DNA from: Spirochaetaceae bacterium | GTDB lineage: Bacteria; Spirochaetota; Spirochaetia; DSM-27196; SKKC01 | DNA: 64,000 bases | Reading direction: 5' to 3' | Assembly: GCA_007128315.1 (NCBI GenBank) | Contig: SKXQ01000056.1 | Coordinates: 74-64,073, forward strand | Shown: positions 37,524 to 47,376 of the stretch, piece after piece | Position numbering within the stretch: position 1 is the first letter of the stretch | How the letters are laid out: each line of letters starts with the position of its first letter | Program-made: the position numbers and the translations under genes | The notes under the pieces: generated by a model | Databases searched by the model: none | What the model saw: only the letters and a program-made list of their open reading frames with translations | Told to the model about the DNA's origin: nothing

Positions 37524-40039
37524 GTGAACAGAAGCAGGGACCGGAAATCGTACTCGTCGGGAATGCACACATAGACATGATCTATCGCTGGCGCCTCAAT
37601 GAGACGCTCGGACGGGTTATCCCCGACACATTCCGTGGTGTGCTCGATGTCATGGACCGTGACCCCGATCTGACTTACGCGCAGAGCCAGTTCGCCCTCT
37701 ACGAAAGCGTGAAGGAGCGCTATCCGGAACTCTGGCAACGTATACGCGCGCGTATCGTCGAGGGCAGGTGGATCGTTGTTGGCGGAAAGTGGGTCGAGGC
37801 AGACTCCATGCTGCCGGGCGGCGAGTCGATCATTCGCCAGTTTCTGCTCGGACGCATATTCGCCGAGGAGGAAATGGGGATAGAGCCGGTACGGGTTGCA
37901 TGGATACCCGACTGTTTCGGGGGCCATGCCAGTACGACTCCGCAGATTTACGCCGGGTGTGGCGTTGCATATTACGTGTTCAACAGGGGCTGTCCGGAGG
38001 ATATGCGCTGCTTCAACTGGAAGGCGCCGGACGGAACGACCCTGTTTGCGTACAAAATCCCTGAACACTACAATCTTGAGATTACCCCCGAACTCTCTGA
38101 CATTGTCGCCGACTGGTGTGCGATTACCGGCCTGCCTGAGGCTATGATCCTTTACGGAGAAGGCGATCATGGGGGAGGTCCCCGCGACGAGGACCTTGCG
38201 AAGGTCCGTGCGCTCCAGGCCGACCGGGCGTTCACCGTTCCTCTGACACACGGGCAACCGGAACCCGTTCTGTCGCGCGCGCGGGACGCGCGCGCGGACT
38301 GGCCTGTTTTCGAAGGCGACATCGGTCTGCAACCCGACAGCGGTGTGCATCGCGGCGCCCACATTTCGCAGGCGCGTATCAAGCACTGGAACCGTGTTCT
38401 TGAGCATGCGATTCTGCAGGCTGAACGGCTTGCCGTTCTCGGTACGCTCTGCCAGCGGAAGTTCTTCTTTCCCCGTTATGATCTTACCAGACTCTGGAAG
38501 TCGTATCTGCTTCATCAGTTTCACGACACCCTGCCCGGGACCCTGGTCGGGGATGCGGTAGACGATGTCATGCGGGACTTCAGATCCCAACACGAAGAAG
38601 CGCTCCGCATCCGATCCTTCGGTCTTGAGGCGATAGGAGCGCGGATCGATACCCGGGGCGACGGGATCCCGGTGGTCGTGTATAACGCCAGCACGTGGAG
38701 ACGCTCCGGACAGGTGAATGTGCAGATACACAGACCCGCGGACGAACGCATACGCTCCGTGCGTGATGACACCGGTACCGAAATTCCTTTTCTTCTGCAC
38801 AGCGAGGACCATGCTTCGGACCATCACGAAATCTGTCTTCAGGTCGCCGACATTCCGTCGCTCGGGTTCCGGCTGTACCGGGTACACGCAGAAACTGCAG
38901 GAGCTGTTCCTGTGACCGGCGAACCGTCGAAGGACACCGGGGTCGCCGATGCCGTAGTGACCGACCGTTCCGCACGAAGCGCTGAGACGAATCAGGTTCG
39001 CGTGGTCTGGGATGATCACGGGCTGGTGCAGGTACGCGATCTCACGACCGGCACAGATCTTCTGACTGGCCCTTCGAATATACCCGTGTTGCGCACCGAG
39101 AGCGAGAGCAGTTCGTGGCATCTGTCCCTGAACGGGGAGACCGTTCCGCTGCTGCCGGTATCGGGACCGGACATCATCGAGGATAGCCCTTTCAGGCTTC
39201 GCGTACGCTGGGTGGACCGAAGCGAGGACTCACGGATTACCCGCGATCTTGTTCTTGAAGCGGGGTCCCCGTGGGTCGCCTGCGAGCTGGAAGTGGACTG
39301 GCACGACGCGGACCGCCTGCTGACCATGGATTTCGCGACGTCGATTGAGGCTGATAACGGGGTGTTTGAAGCCCCGTACGGCTGGGTCACGCGATCCCGC
39401 GACGGAAGCTACTACCCCATGCAGCGCTGGTGTGCCGTGGAGGCACCCGATCGTGGCCTTGCGCTTCTGAACGACGGATTATACAGCGTTGGAGGCAGTG
39501 GTGGTGCCGTGAGTCTTGCGATCGTCCGCGGCGCCCGTGATATGGATCCCCGCATGGATGAGGGGCTGCATCAGCTCAGGTATGCGCTGTTACCATACGA
39601 TCCGGGCGACGGAAAGCGCTGTGTCATACAGTCCGCGATGGACTTCTGTGACGTGCTCGTTGCACGGCAGGAGACGCGGCATCCCGGACAGCTTCCTGAC
39701 TGGGGTACGTTCAGAAACGAAGGCGCACTCGATTCACCGTATTCGTTCTGTTCAGTTGAAGCAGAACACTCGGTCATGACCGTACTCAAGGTCGTCGAAG
39801 GTGACTGGAACCCCGTAGAACTCGTACTCCGCATCTATGAAACCGACGGCGTCGGAGAAGACGTCACCATCAGGTTGTCGCGGCCGCTGGAAACAGTGAT
39901 TGCGATCGATCATATCGAACGCGAGCAGGAACACAACGACGCACGGCGTGTCGGAGAACACGCCTTCAGCTTCCCTGTCAGTCCGCACGCCATACGTTCG
40001 TTCAAGGTTATGCTGGTCTCAGGAATACAGGGAGGGTGA
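37520..40039 (+). CDS. Glycoside hydrolase family 38 alpha-mannosidase (cytoplasmic type)
   Basis: ATGA overlap. VGNAHIDMIYRW, WIPDCFG and GEGDHGGGP are typical GH38 N-domain strings. 839 aa, no signal peptide. Confidence 0.9.
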   Translation: MSEQKQGPEIVLVGNAHIDMIYRWRLNETLGRVIPDTFRGVLDVMDRDPDLTYAQSQFALYESVKERYPELWQRIRARIVEGRWIVVGGKWVEADSMLPGGESIIRQFLLGRIFAEEEMGIEPVRVAWIPDCFGGHASTTPQIYAGCGVAYYVFNRGCPEDMRCFNWKAPDGTTLFAYKIPEHYNLEITPELSDIVADWCAITGLPEAMILYGEGDHGGGPRDEDLAKVRALQADRAFTVPLTHGQPEPVLSRARDARADWPVFEGDIGLQPDSGVHRGAHISQARIKHWNRVLEHAILQAERLAVLGTLCQRKFFFPRYDLTRLWKSYLLHQFHDTLPGTLVGDAVDDVMRDFRSQHEEALRIRSFGLEAIGARIDTRGDGIPVVVYNASTWRRSGQVNVQIHRPADERIRSVRDDTGTEIPFLLHSEDHASDHHEICLQVADIPSLGFRLYRVHAETAGAVPVTGEPSKDTGVADAVVTDRSARSAETNQVRVVWDDHGLVQVRDLTTGTDLLTGPSNIPVLRTESESSSWHLSLNGETVPLLPVSGPDIIEDSPFRLRVRWVDRSEDSRITRDLVLEAGSPWVACELEVDWHDADRLLTMDFATSIEADNGVFEAPYGWVTRSRDGSYYPMQRWCAVEAPDRGLALLNDGLYSVGGSGGAVSLAIVRGARDMDPRMDEGLHQLRYALLPYDPGDGKRCVIQSAMDFCDVLVARQETRHPGQLPDWGTFRNEGALDSPYSFCSVEAEHSVMTVLKVVEGDWNPVELVLRIYETDGVGEDVTIRLSRPLETVIAIDHIEREQEHNDARRVGEHAFSFPVSPHAIRSFKVMLVSGIQGG

Positions 40040-40046
40040 TGTGTCG

Positions 40047-41075
40047 ATGAGGAACACCGATGACATTCCTACGGTACGCGACGTCGCAGCTCACGCTCAG
40101 GTATCGGTAGGGACCGTCTCGCGCTATCTGAACGGGCATAAACTGCGACCGGTGACGAAGAGCAAGGTCGAATCAGCGATCAACGCCACCGGGTACCGGT
40201 TCAGCGGTTCCAACGGCCCATCCGGACGCGTGCAGACCCGAACAATCGGGGCGGTATTCCCGCGCTACGACGATTTTCACGTCTCGGTGCTCAGTGCCCT
40301 CGACAAGATACTGTTTCGCGAAGGCTATCATATGGTGACCTGCGAGTACGACGGCGACGAAGACGATATGAGGGACAAGCTTCGACTGCTGCGCAGTCGC
40401 TACGCCGACGGCATCATATGTTCACCGATGACGTCCAGTTACGGACTGCAGCGGGAGGTCATTGAGTCGGGTATACCGGTTGTGACGTACAACAACCACG
40501 TGCAGGACTGGCAGACTGACCATGTCCGGGTCGACGACAGACAGGCGGTACGTAAGGCAGTCGAGTACTTCATCGACCTCGGGCACCGGGACATCGCGAT
40601 AATTTCGGGTACGATGCGTTCGACGACCGGCTTCGACCGGGTTGCCGGGTATCGGGATGCGGTACAGACGGCCGGAATAGTCGAGCGCTCAGATCTGCTC
40701 ATGCTTGACGATTGGGGCCTCTCTGAGAGCATGGCTTTCGATGCGACCAGGCGTCTTCTGTCTTCGGCCCAGGCACCGACGGCAATCATTGGAGCGCATG
40801 GCCGTGCTGGCATAGGAGTCCTTCGCTATCTGCGCGAGTCCGGACGTCGCGTGCCGGATGACGTATCCCTGATCTGTTTCGACGACAGCGAGTTGTTTCG
40901 TCTGCATCATCCCTCAATAACCGCAATCCGACAGCCGGCAGGCACCATCGCCGCCGAACTCGCTTCGTTGCTCTTTCGCCGCATGAACGGGGATAACGAA
41001 GACCGGCCGCTCACGCGGGTGGTACCAACCGAACTCATTCTCCGTGAATCGGTGCGGCGCATTACCGACTGTTAA
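40047..41075 (+). CDS. LacI-family transcriptional regulator
   Basis: HTH TVRDVAAHAQVSVGTVSRYLNG followed by a periplasmic-binding-protein-like sugar-binding fold. Start at ATG 40047, 7 nt after the GH38 stop. Confidence 0.9.
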   Translation: MRNTDDIPTVRDVAAHAQVSVGTVSRYLNGHKLRPVTKSKVESAINATGYRFSGSNGPSGRVQTRTIGAVFPRYDDFHVSVLSALDKILFREGYHMVTCEYDGDEDDMRDKLRLLRSRYADGIICSPMTSSYGLQREVIESGIPVVTYNNHVQDWQTDHVRVDDRQAVRKAVEYFIDLGHRDIAIISGTMRSTTGFDRVAGYRDAVQTAGIVERSDLLMLDDWGLSESMAFDATRRLLSSAQAPTAIIGAHGRAGIGVLRYLRESGRRVPDDVSLICFDDSELFRLHHPSITAIRQPAGTIAAELASLLFRRMNGDNEDRPLTRVVPTELILRESVRRITDC

Positions 41076-41105
41076 CAGAAGTCGTTAATCGATAGACTGC
41101 AGCGA

Positions 41106-43007
41106 GTGAGAAGAACAGCCGCGGCGACCATTGTCGTTGTCATTGTTATAGCCGTAACCCTGATCTCTTTTGTGTTTCCGGTTCTGATGTCGACACCGTA
41201 CCGCCGTGATGTGCTGCTGCGTTCACCAGTCGCGGTCGGTGGCGTCCTGGATGCCTCCGGGTTCCGGTTTGTCGATGAATGGCTTCTGCCGCTGCAGGGA
41301 GAATGGCTGCACGCGATGGGGCGTCTGGTGGAGCCCGACGGATTTTCACACGATCCGCTGAAGGACCCGGCATACGAGTTGCTGGTGCTGCCGCACGAGC
41401 TGACCGATCCGCGCGATACGGCCGGGACGGTCAGGCTTCAAGTCCGGTTTCCCGAGGAAGTCGGGACTGCTACCGGGCTTCTCGCCCTGCGGTTGCGCTA
41501 CTTCGCGTCCGCATACCGTGTCTGGATCAACGGCGAACTGCGTGCGGAGTCCGGTGCAGTCTCCGAGACCCGTGACGGATATCGGGCACAGTACATGCCC
41601 GCCGAGATCCTTTTCGACGCCCGCGCCGGGTCGAATGAGATCGTGATACAGTTCGCCGATTTCCATCATCGACGGATCAGGCTTAACCGGCTGTATATCG
41701 GACCTGCCGATCATGTCCTGGCCCTTACCACGCGGGGGCTCATTCATCAGTCGCTGATTCTCGGTATGTTTCTGCTCGCGGCCATTTACTTTGGCACCCT
41801 GTTTCTCATTCAGAAGTCAGAACCCGCTAATCTGTACCTCTCGCTGATTGCGCTGGTCAGCGCCGGGCGTATCGTGGTCGTAAGCGAACGCATCCTCATT
41901 CGGCTGATCCCGTTCTTCCAGCCTGAGCTCATGATGAAGATGGGATACGCCGGTTCCATTCTAATTGTACCGCTGATAATCCTTTATATTACGGAAGGGT
42001 TTCGGATATCACCGCTCCAGCTGGTCGCACGTCTGGCGAAGTATCTGCTCTGGGCTGCCTCGGCTATTCTGATACTGACGCCGGTGCGATTCTACGATCT
42101 GCTGTTCGCATACGGGCAGATTCCGGTCATGCTCATCGGTGTGTATGCGATTTTCCTCCTGAGTCGTCATCGTGTTCTTTCGACGGTACACGGGGGACGC
42201 ATTCTGATTCCAACGGCATTCGTGCTGCTGGTGACCGGCGCGAGCGACGTGTTCCGCGAGCTCGGGCTTCTTGCCGCGTCCGAGCTGTTCTCGTCGGGCA
42301 TGGTTGTGTTTCTGGCTGTCCAGGGCATTTTTCTTGCCTGGCGTTTCCAGGTTACCTTCGACAAGGTGGAGGCGCTTTCGGATGAGAACAGGCTCATGAT
42401 CCGGGAAATCAGCGCCCTGAACGCACAGCTCGAGCAGCGTGTCTCCGAGCGGACCGAGGAGCTAGAAGCGGCGAACCGTCAGCTCGCAGAGCTGTCCCGT
42501 AGAGACGAGCTGACCGGTCTCTTGAACCGAAGAGCGCTCGTAGAACGCATGGAGCTTGAACAGTCCCTCGCGAGACGCGAAGAACGCTTTCTCAGCGTGC
42601 TCATGATCGATATCGACCACTTCAAGCCGTATAACGACGGTTACGGTCACCCCGCAGGTGACCGCTGCCTGAGGCAGATTGCCGATGCAATTTCGTCCTG
42701 TTGTGAGCGCGGCGCGGATCTTCCGGTACGCTATGGGGGAGAGGAGTTCGTTGTCCTGCTTCCACAGACGAAAACCAGCGGTGCACTGCGGGTCGCGAAG
42801 CGAGTTCAGGACGCGATACGGAAACGCGCAATCCCGCACGCCTACTCGGAAACCTCGGACATCGTAACGGTAAGCATTGGAGTCGCGTGCGAGCGGTTGA
42901 GCGGAGATGGCGCGACCGATGCCATTGAGAACGCCGACGAGGCTCTTTACGCGGCGAAGAGCGAAGGACGAAACCGAATCTGCAGCTCAGACCCTGATCG
43001 GGAGTAG
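41106..43007 (+). CDS. 7TMR-DISM-type sensor diguanylate cyclase (GGDEF)
   Basis: N-terminal TM plus an extracytoplasmic domain, seven predicted TM helices (aa ~210-410), a coiled coil, then GGDEF with an active RYGGEEF and the I-site RGAD five residues upstream. Confidence 0.85.
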   Translation: MRRTAAATIVVVIVIAVTLISFVFPVLMSTPYRRDVLLRSPVAVGGVLDASGFRFVDEWLLPLQGEWLHAMGRLVEPDGFSHDPLKDPAYELLVLPHELTDPRDTAGTVRLQVRFPEEVGTATGLLALRLRYFASAYRVWINGELRAESGAVSETRDGYRAQYMPAEILFDARAGSNEIVIQFADFHHRRIRLNRLYIGPADHVLALTTRGLIHQSLILGMFLLAAIYFGTLFLIQKSEPANLYLSLIALVSAGRIVVVSERILIRLIPFFQPELMMKMGYAGSILIVPLIILYITEGFRISPLQLVARLAKYLLWAASAILILTPVRFYDLLFAYGQIPVMLIGVYAIFLLSRHRVLSTVHGGRILIPTAFVLLVTGASDVFRELGLLAASELFSSGMVVFLAVQGIFLAWRFQVTFDKVEALSDENRLMIREISALNAQLEQRVSERTEELEAANRQLAELSRRDELTGLLNRRALVERMELEQSLARREERFLSVLMIDIDHFKPYNDGYGHPAGDRCLRQIADAISSCCERGADLPVRYGGEEFVVLLPQTKTSGALRVAKRVQDAIRKRAIPHAYSETSDIVTVSIGVACERLSGDGATDAIENADEALYAAKSEGRNRICSSDPDRE

Positions 43008-43043
43008 GCTCGAGACGTATCTTCAGGTACGCTGAATCCCTCC

Positions 43044-44450
43044 ATGAGTAATATGACAGAAACTGAAGCCCTCAGTGCCGACGTTTTTTCCGGCACTGTT
43101 GCGCGGGAGGATACGCGCACACTCTACAGGAATCTCCTGAAGCTCGCGATCCCGATTATGGGAGCGAACCTCATGCAGATGCTCTACAATCTCGCCGATA
43201 CGTTTTTTCTCGGACGTATCGGTGCTGCTGCAGTCAACGCGCCAACGATCAGTTTTAACATCATTTTCTTCCTCGCGGTATTCGGGGTAGGCTTCGGAAC
43301 AGCCGGAACGACGCTCATCGCCCAGAGTAAGGGCAGAGGAGACCAGGAACGGGTAAACTTCTATCTTGGTCAGCTCGCCGTGTACATCTTCGGTATCTCT
43401 ATCGTAGTTGGAATCGTCGGCCTTCTCGCACACATGCCGCTGTTGCGTCTTTTAAACGTCCCGGAAGAGTCATTCGAGTTTACCCGACAGTATCTGACTA
43501 TCATCTTCACCGGTATACCTTTCATGTTTGGCGCCTTCTTTTTTCAGTCCGCAATGCAGGGAATCGGCGACGGGGTGACACCGTTTGTCATACAGTTCGC
43601 TACCGTCATCCTGAACATCATCATCGATCCGATATTTATCTTTGGATGGGGGCCCATTCCACGAATGGAGGTTGCAGGGGCCGCCTACGCGACCATACTC
43701 TGCAAGGGTATCGCGACGATCGCGGGAGTCTTCATTCTGGTGCGCGGTCGCCGGGGAATGAAACTGAAGCTGTCGAACATGCGTCCCCGCATGGAATCCG
43801 CCCGTCTTTTTGTCGGAATCGGTATGCCGGCCAGTCTGGGCCAGGGCATCGCGGCCTTCGGTTTCACGGTTCTGCAGGGTGTTGTGAACGGTTTTGGAGC
43901 AGCGGTCGTCGCTGCCTTCGGAATTGCAAACAGGATCATCAGTCTCGTAAACATGCCCGCTATCGGAATGTCACGCGCGACGGCCTCTCTGGTCGGACAG
44001 AGCCTCGGTGCCCGGGATACCGAGCGGGCGAAGCGCATTGTCCGCATGTCCGGTCTCACGATTTTTGGCTTTGTCGGTCTCGGCATGATACTGGCGTTTT
44101 TTTACGGAAACCTTCTGGTGCGATTTTTTGTGGATGATGCAGAGGTTATCGCACATGGGGCCGTGCTTTTCCGTATCGTCAGTCCGTCGGTCGTTCTGTT
44201 CGCGCTTTTCACCGTGATTCTCGGGGCCTTCGAGGGAGGTGGCGACACGAAACCGGTCCTGGTCATGCATACTGTCAGACTATGGGGCATTCGTGTTCCG
44301 CTCGCATTCGTGCTGGCCGTGTGGCTGGGAATGGGACCCCGGGGAATCTGGATATCGATGTTCGTGAGCAATCTGGTTATTGCTGTCGCGGGCTTTCTGC
44401 TGTTGCGTACCGGGCGCTGGATGCACCGTCTGGATCCTGACAGCCTGTAA
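43044..44450 (+). CDS. MATE-family efflux transporter
   Basis: 468 aa, 12 predicted TM. N-terminal LLKLAIPIMGANLMQMLYNLADTFFLGRIG is the classic MatE motif. Confidence 0.9.
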   Translation: MSNMTETEALSADVFSGTVAREDTRTLYRNLLKLAIPIMGANLMQMLYNLADTFFLGRIGAAAVNAPTISFNIIFFLAVFGVGFGTAGTTLIAQSKGRGDQERVNFYLGQLAVYIFGISIVVGIVGLLAHMPLLRLLNVPEESFEFTRQYLTIIFTGIPFMFGAFFFQSAMQGIGDGVTPFVIQFATVILNIIIDPIFIFGWGPIPRMEVAGAAYATILCKGIATIAGVFILVRGRRGMKLKLSNMRPRMESARLFVGIGMPASLGQGIAAFGFTVLQGVVNGFGAAVVAAFGIANRIISLVNMPAIGMSRATASLVGQSLGARDTERAKRIVRMSGLTIFGFVGLGMILAFFYGNLLVRFFVDDAEVIAHGAVLFRIVSPSVVLFALFTVILGAFEGGGDTKPVLVMHTVRLWGIRVPLAFVLAVWLGMGPRGIWISMFVSNLVIAVAGFLLLRTGRWMHRLDPDSL

Positions 44451-44453
44451 TGC

Positions 44454-46049
44454 TCAGGGTCCGGCGATCCGATTACGTCCGAGTGCCTTCGCTTCGTAGA
44501 GGCGGGTGTCGGCCAGTTCGATCATCTCTTTTCCAGTTGAGTTATCCTGCGCTGATGTCTCGCGTATACACGCGATTCCCGCGCTGAACGTGAGGTTCTT
44601 CAGATCGCCGCAGCTGGTCCAGTCGCAGGTCTCGAACAGGGTTCTCAGTTTCTCACACACAACGAGAGCCTGTGTGGCATCGGAATCGGGCATAATGATC
44701 GCAAACTCTTCTCCTCCGTAGCGCGCAATGTTATCAGTCTTTCGCGTTGAACGCATGAGGATGTTCGAGGCCGTCACGAGGACCTGATCGCCGACCGCGT
44801 GGCCGAGGGTATCATTGACCGCCTTGAAGTGGTCCAGATCGATGAGTGCAATCGATACCGGACGGTCGTGACGTCTTCCCCGGTCAATCTCGACGTCGAG
44901 CTGGGAGAAGAACCAGCGGCGATTGAATACGGCCGTCAGAGGATCGCGTATGACCAGTTCGGAAAGCTCGTGGTTGCGTTTCTGAAGCGAATCGCGCAAC
45001 TGTTCGACTTCCCTCAGGGCAGCAGCAAGCTCTTCGTTTCGGAGGCGGTATACCTCTTTTTCGTGTTCGATTCGTTCAAGCTCGAAACGACCCATAGCCT
45101 GATAAAGCTCTTTTTCGATCTTTTTTTCGGTCGTCCGGTCGAGTTCGCTGAAAGCCTGCCGCATCTGTGAGAGCGCCGCGGTGATTTCACCGTCCATCTC
45201 GAGGACAGAGCTGTAATCCCGCCGCCAGTATGGAATGTTGAAGTTCGCCTGTTGCTCCGAGACGAGTCGGAAAGCCTTGAGAAAGTGCGGCTCCGCTTCT
45301 TCGTAGCGACCTTCTTTCACCAGCAGCGCTGCGAGACTACCGTGGATTTCATACTGCCATGCCGTCGGTTCTTCTTCGCCTACCGTGGCCGCGAGTGCTT
45401 CCTGATAGCAGCGTTCGGCAGCTTCCGAATCATGATCGGCTTCGTAGACCGCGGCGAGCTTCGTAATAGCATGTATTCGTAAGGGTTCCATCCCGAAATC
45501 GCTAAAGTGCGTAATGCTCAGTTTCAGGTGGTTCACTGCTTCGGGAATCCTGTTGAGCGCAAGGCACGCGCGGCCGAGGTTGGAACGCGCCGTACCCTGA
45601 ACCTCACGAAGGTCCTCGTTCCGATTCGCCTCGATGAGTGCTTTCTCGAAGTACTCGAGCGCACGCTTCGCGTCTTTCATAATGAGGCATGTGTTCCCGA
45701 TGTTGTTGAGCACCGTCGCGACCTTATGAGTCTCAAGCTCCTGGTGCAGCTCGTAGCTTCGCTCCAGATGCTGCAGCGATTGCTGGAGGTCACCAAGCTC
45801 CCCGTGGATGATACCCAGGGCGTTCTCGGCCTCGGCTTCCGCAAGACGGTCGCTGAGCTCTCGTGCAGATCGAACAGCCGTACGCGCAGCTTCAACGGCG
45901 GCAGGCATCTGCCCGAGCATGAAATGGCACTGGGCCTTTTTTCGCCACGCCCATGAGATATCACTATCCGTTTCGAGCAGAGCGTCGAGCCTGGGTATTG
46001 CCGACCGTATGTTTCCTGAGGCTATCAGTTGTTCGATGTCTTTCTGCAT
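44454..46049 (-). CDS. TPR-repeat diguanylate cyclase (GGDEF)
   Basis: ~330 aa of TPR-like repeats, a coiled coil, then GGDEF with RYGGEEF and the I-site RKTD. Convergent with the MATE gene (3-nt gap). Confidence 0.85.
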   Translation of the reverse strand: MQKDIEQLIASGNIRSAIPRLDALLETDSDISWAWRKKAQCHFMLGQMPAAVEAARTAVRSARELSDRLAEAEAENALGIIHGELGDLQQSLQHLERSYELHQELETHKVATVLNNIGNTCLIMKDAKRALEYFEKALIEANRNEDLREVQGTARSNLGRACLALNRIPEAVNHLKLSITHFSDFGMEPLRIHAITKLAAVYEADHDSEAAERCYQEALAATVGEEEPTAWQYEIHGSLAALLVKEGRYEEAEPHFLKAFRLVSEQQANFNIPYWRRDYSSVLEMDGEITAALSQMRQAFSELDRTTEKKIEKELYQAMGRFELERIEHEKEVYRLRNEELAAALREVEQLRDSLQKRNHELSELVIRDPLTAVFNRRWFFSQLDVEIDRGRRHDRPVSIALIDLDHFKAVNDTLGHAVGDQVLVTASNILMRSTRKTDNIARYGGEEFAIIMPDSDATQALVVCEKLRTLFETCDWTSCGDLKNLTFSAGIACIRETSAQDNSTGKEMIELADTRLYEAKALGRNRIAGP

Positions 46050-46078
46050 ATCTTACATGTACTGAACAAGCGGATCGA

Positions 46079-46435
46079 TTACGCTTCGTTTTCGTCGCGG
46101 CAGCCTGCGAGATCGTCATCGGCGTCCATGTACGCGTGCAGGACTGCTTCGGAACCATCGTAAAAACGGGTGAATGCAAAGCCGGTCTCGAAGTCGCCAT
46201 TGTCTCCGTTCTGTGTATGTATCGCTGTCGCGTCAACACTGATGCTCTCGTCGTTGTCGAGCGACAACAGGAAGTATACGGTATCGCCAGTCGAAAATTC
46301 GTAGGTGCTCGAGCACCTGAGTCCTCCACGGCTTATGTCGATGACCTCTCCGGAACGCCACCGCTCGTAGCCGTGCCGCATCTGTACCAGCTGGGAAATG
46401 GTGCAACGAGGGCTGATCCGTTTATCCTGTCTCAC
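46079..46435 (-). CDS. PilZ-domain protein (c-di-GMP receptor)
   Basis: 118 aa. RQDKRISPR (overlapping RxxxR motifs) and DISRGG (DxSxxG) at canonical spacing. 29 nt upstream of the TPR-GGDEF gene and 41 nt downstream of the MaoC genes. Confidence 0.75.
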   Translation of the reverse strand: MRQDKRISPRCTISQLVQMRHGYERWRSGEVIDISRGGLRCSSTYEFSTGDTVYFLLSLDNDESISVDATAIHTQNGDNGDFETGFAFTRFYDGSEAVLHAYMDADDDLAGCRDENEA

Positions 46436-46476
46436 CCCCCTACATTACCCCTGTTATATGCGGGTTTGCAAGAAGA

Positions 46477-46920
46477 TCATTTCTTCGTTTTTTTCGGCGG
46501 CATTACAATGCCTTCAGCGTGCAGAACCTGTTCGTCACGCTGGTTTATGCACGATGCTTCGAACGTGACCCGGTTTCGTTCAAGGTCTATGTCGACCACG
46601 GTAACCGAGGCCTCAATGGTGTCCTGTATGTACACCGGCTTCTTGAACGAAACGGACTCAGACACGAAGATCGTGCCCGGGCCGGGCAGCTGTGTGCCGA
46701 GGATGTTCGACACGAGGCTCACCGTGAGCATACCGTGTGCGATGCGCTGTTTGAAGAATGTACCTTCCGCATAGGCTTCGTTCACGTGTGCCGGGTTGAA
46801 GTCTCCGGTCACTGCCGCGAACTGATAAATGTCCGTTTCGCTGATCGTCTTTGAGAAAAAGGCGGTATCGCCGACGTGTATCTCGCCGATGCTCTTACCG
46901 AGAATCTCCTGGAATGCCAT
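46477..46920 (-). CDS. MaoC-like (R)-specific hydratase/dehydratase hot-dog protein with intact catalytic motif
   Basis: FAAVTGDFNPAHVNEAYA matches the hydratase-2 motif, with both Asp and His present. RIAHGML is retained. Confidence 0.85.
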   Translation of the reverse strand: MAFQEILGKSIGEIHVGDTAFFSKTISETDIYQFAAVTGDFNPAHVNEAYAEGTFFKQRIAHGMLTVSLVSNILGTQLPGPGTIFVSESVSFKKPVYIQDTIEASVTVVDIDLERNRVTFEASCINQRDEQVLHAEGIVMPPKKTKK

Positions 46921-46932
46921 GTATTGCTCCGT

Positions 46933-47376
46933 TCAGGTCGGTTCCTCGAAGGGAACCGGGGGAATAATGGTGCCGGAAGCCGTCATGACAACCTCACCGT
47001 GCTGATTGGTCGCGTTCGCCGAGAAGTCTGCCTCATTCTCTGTCACCCGCAGTTCCGTCAGCTCCAGACCGACTTCGATCGTGTCGCCGATGTAGACCGG
47101 TTTGACAAATCGCACCGATTGACGCGACATTGTCGACCCGTATCCTGGAAGCCGCATGCCGATGATATTTGTAATGAAGCTCGCGGTCAGCATGCCGTGT
47201 GCGATGCGGCGGCCGTAGCGGGTCTTCTTTGCAAACTCCTCGTTGATCGGGAGCTGGTTAACATCCCCGGTGACTCCTGCGAAAAGCAGCATGTCTGCCT
47301 CCGAGAAGGTTTTTGCGAAATACGCTGACTCGCCGACGGACAGTTCGTCAATCGTTCTGCCTATGCGCGCAATCAT
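46933..47376 (-). CDS. MaoC-like hot-dog protein, catalytic His replaced (probable non-catalytic partner)
   Basis: FAGVTGDVNQLPINEEFA aligned to GDxNP[LIV]H gives P to Q and H to P. RIAHGML is retained. Start is M38 of the ORF (ATGA overlap with the upstream gene at 47373-47376). Confidence 0.8.
   Translation of the reverse strand: MIARIGRTIDELSVGESAYFAKTFSEADMLLFAGVTGDVNQLPINEEFAKKTRYGRRIAHGMLTASFITNIIGMRLPGYGSTMSRQSVRFVKPVYIGDTIEVGLELTELRVTENEADFSANATNQHGEVVMTASGTIIPPVPFEEPT

Noticed and set aside
37514-39121. 535-aa ORF on the minus strand, the longest non-annotated ORF in the track.
   Set aside because: It lies entirely antisense to the GH38 alpha-mannosidase gene, whose product has clear family motifs. 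Its translation is Arg/Gly/Pro/Val-rich with low complexity and no motifs. This is a typical shadow ORF in high-GC DNA.
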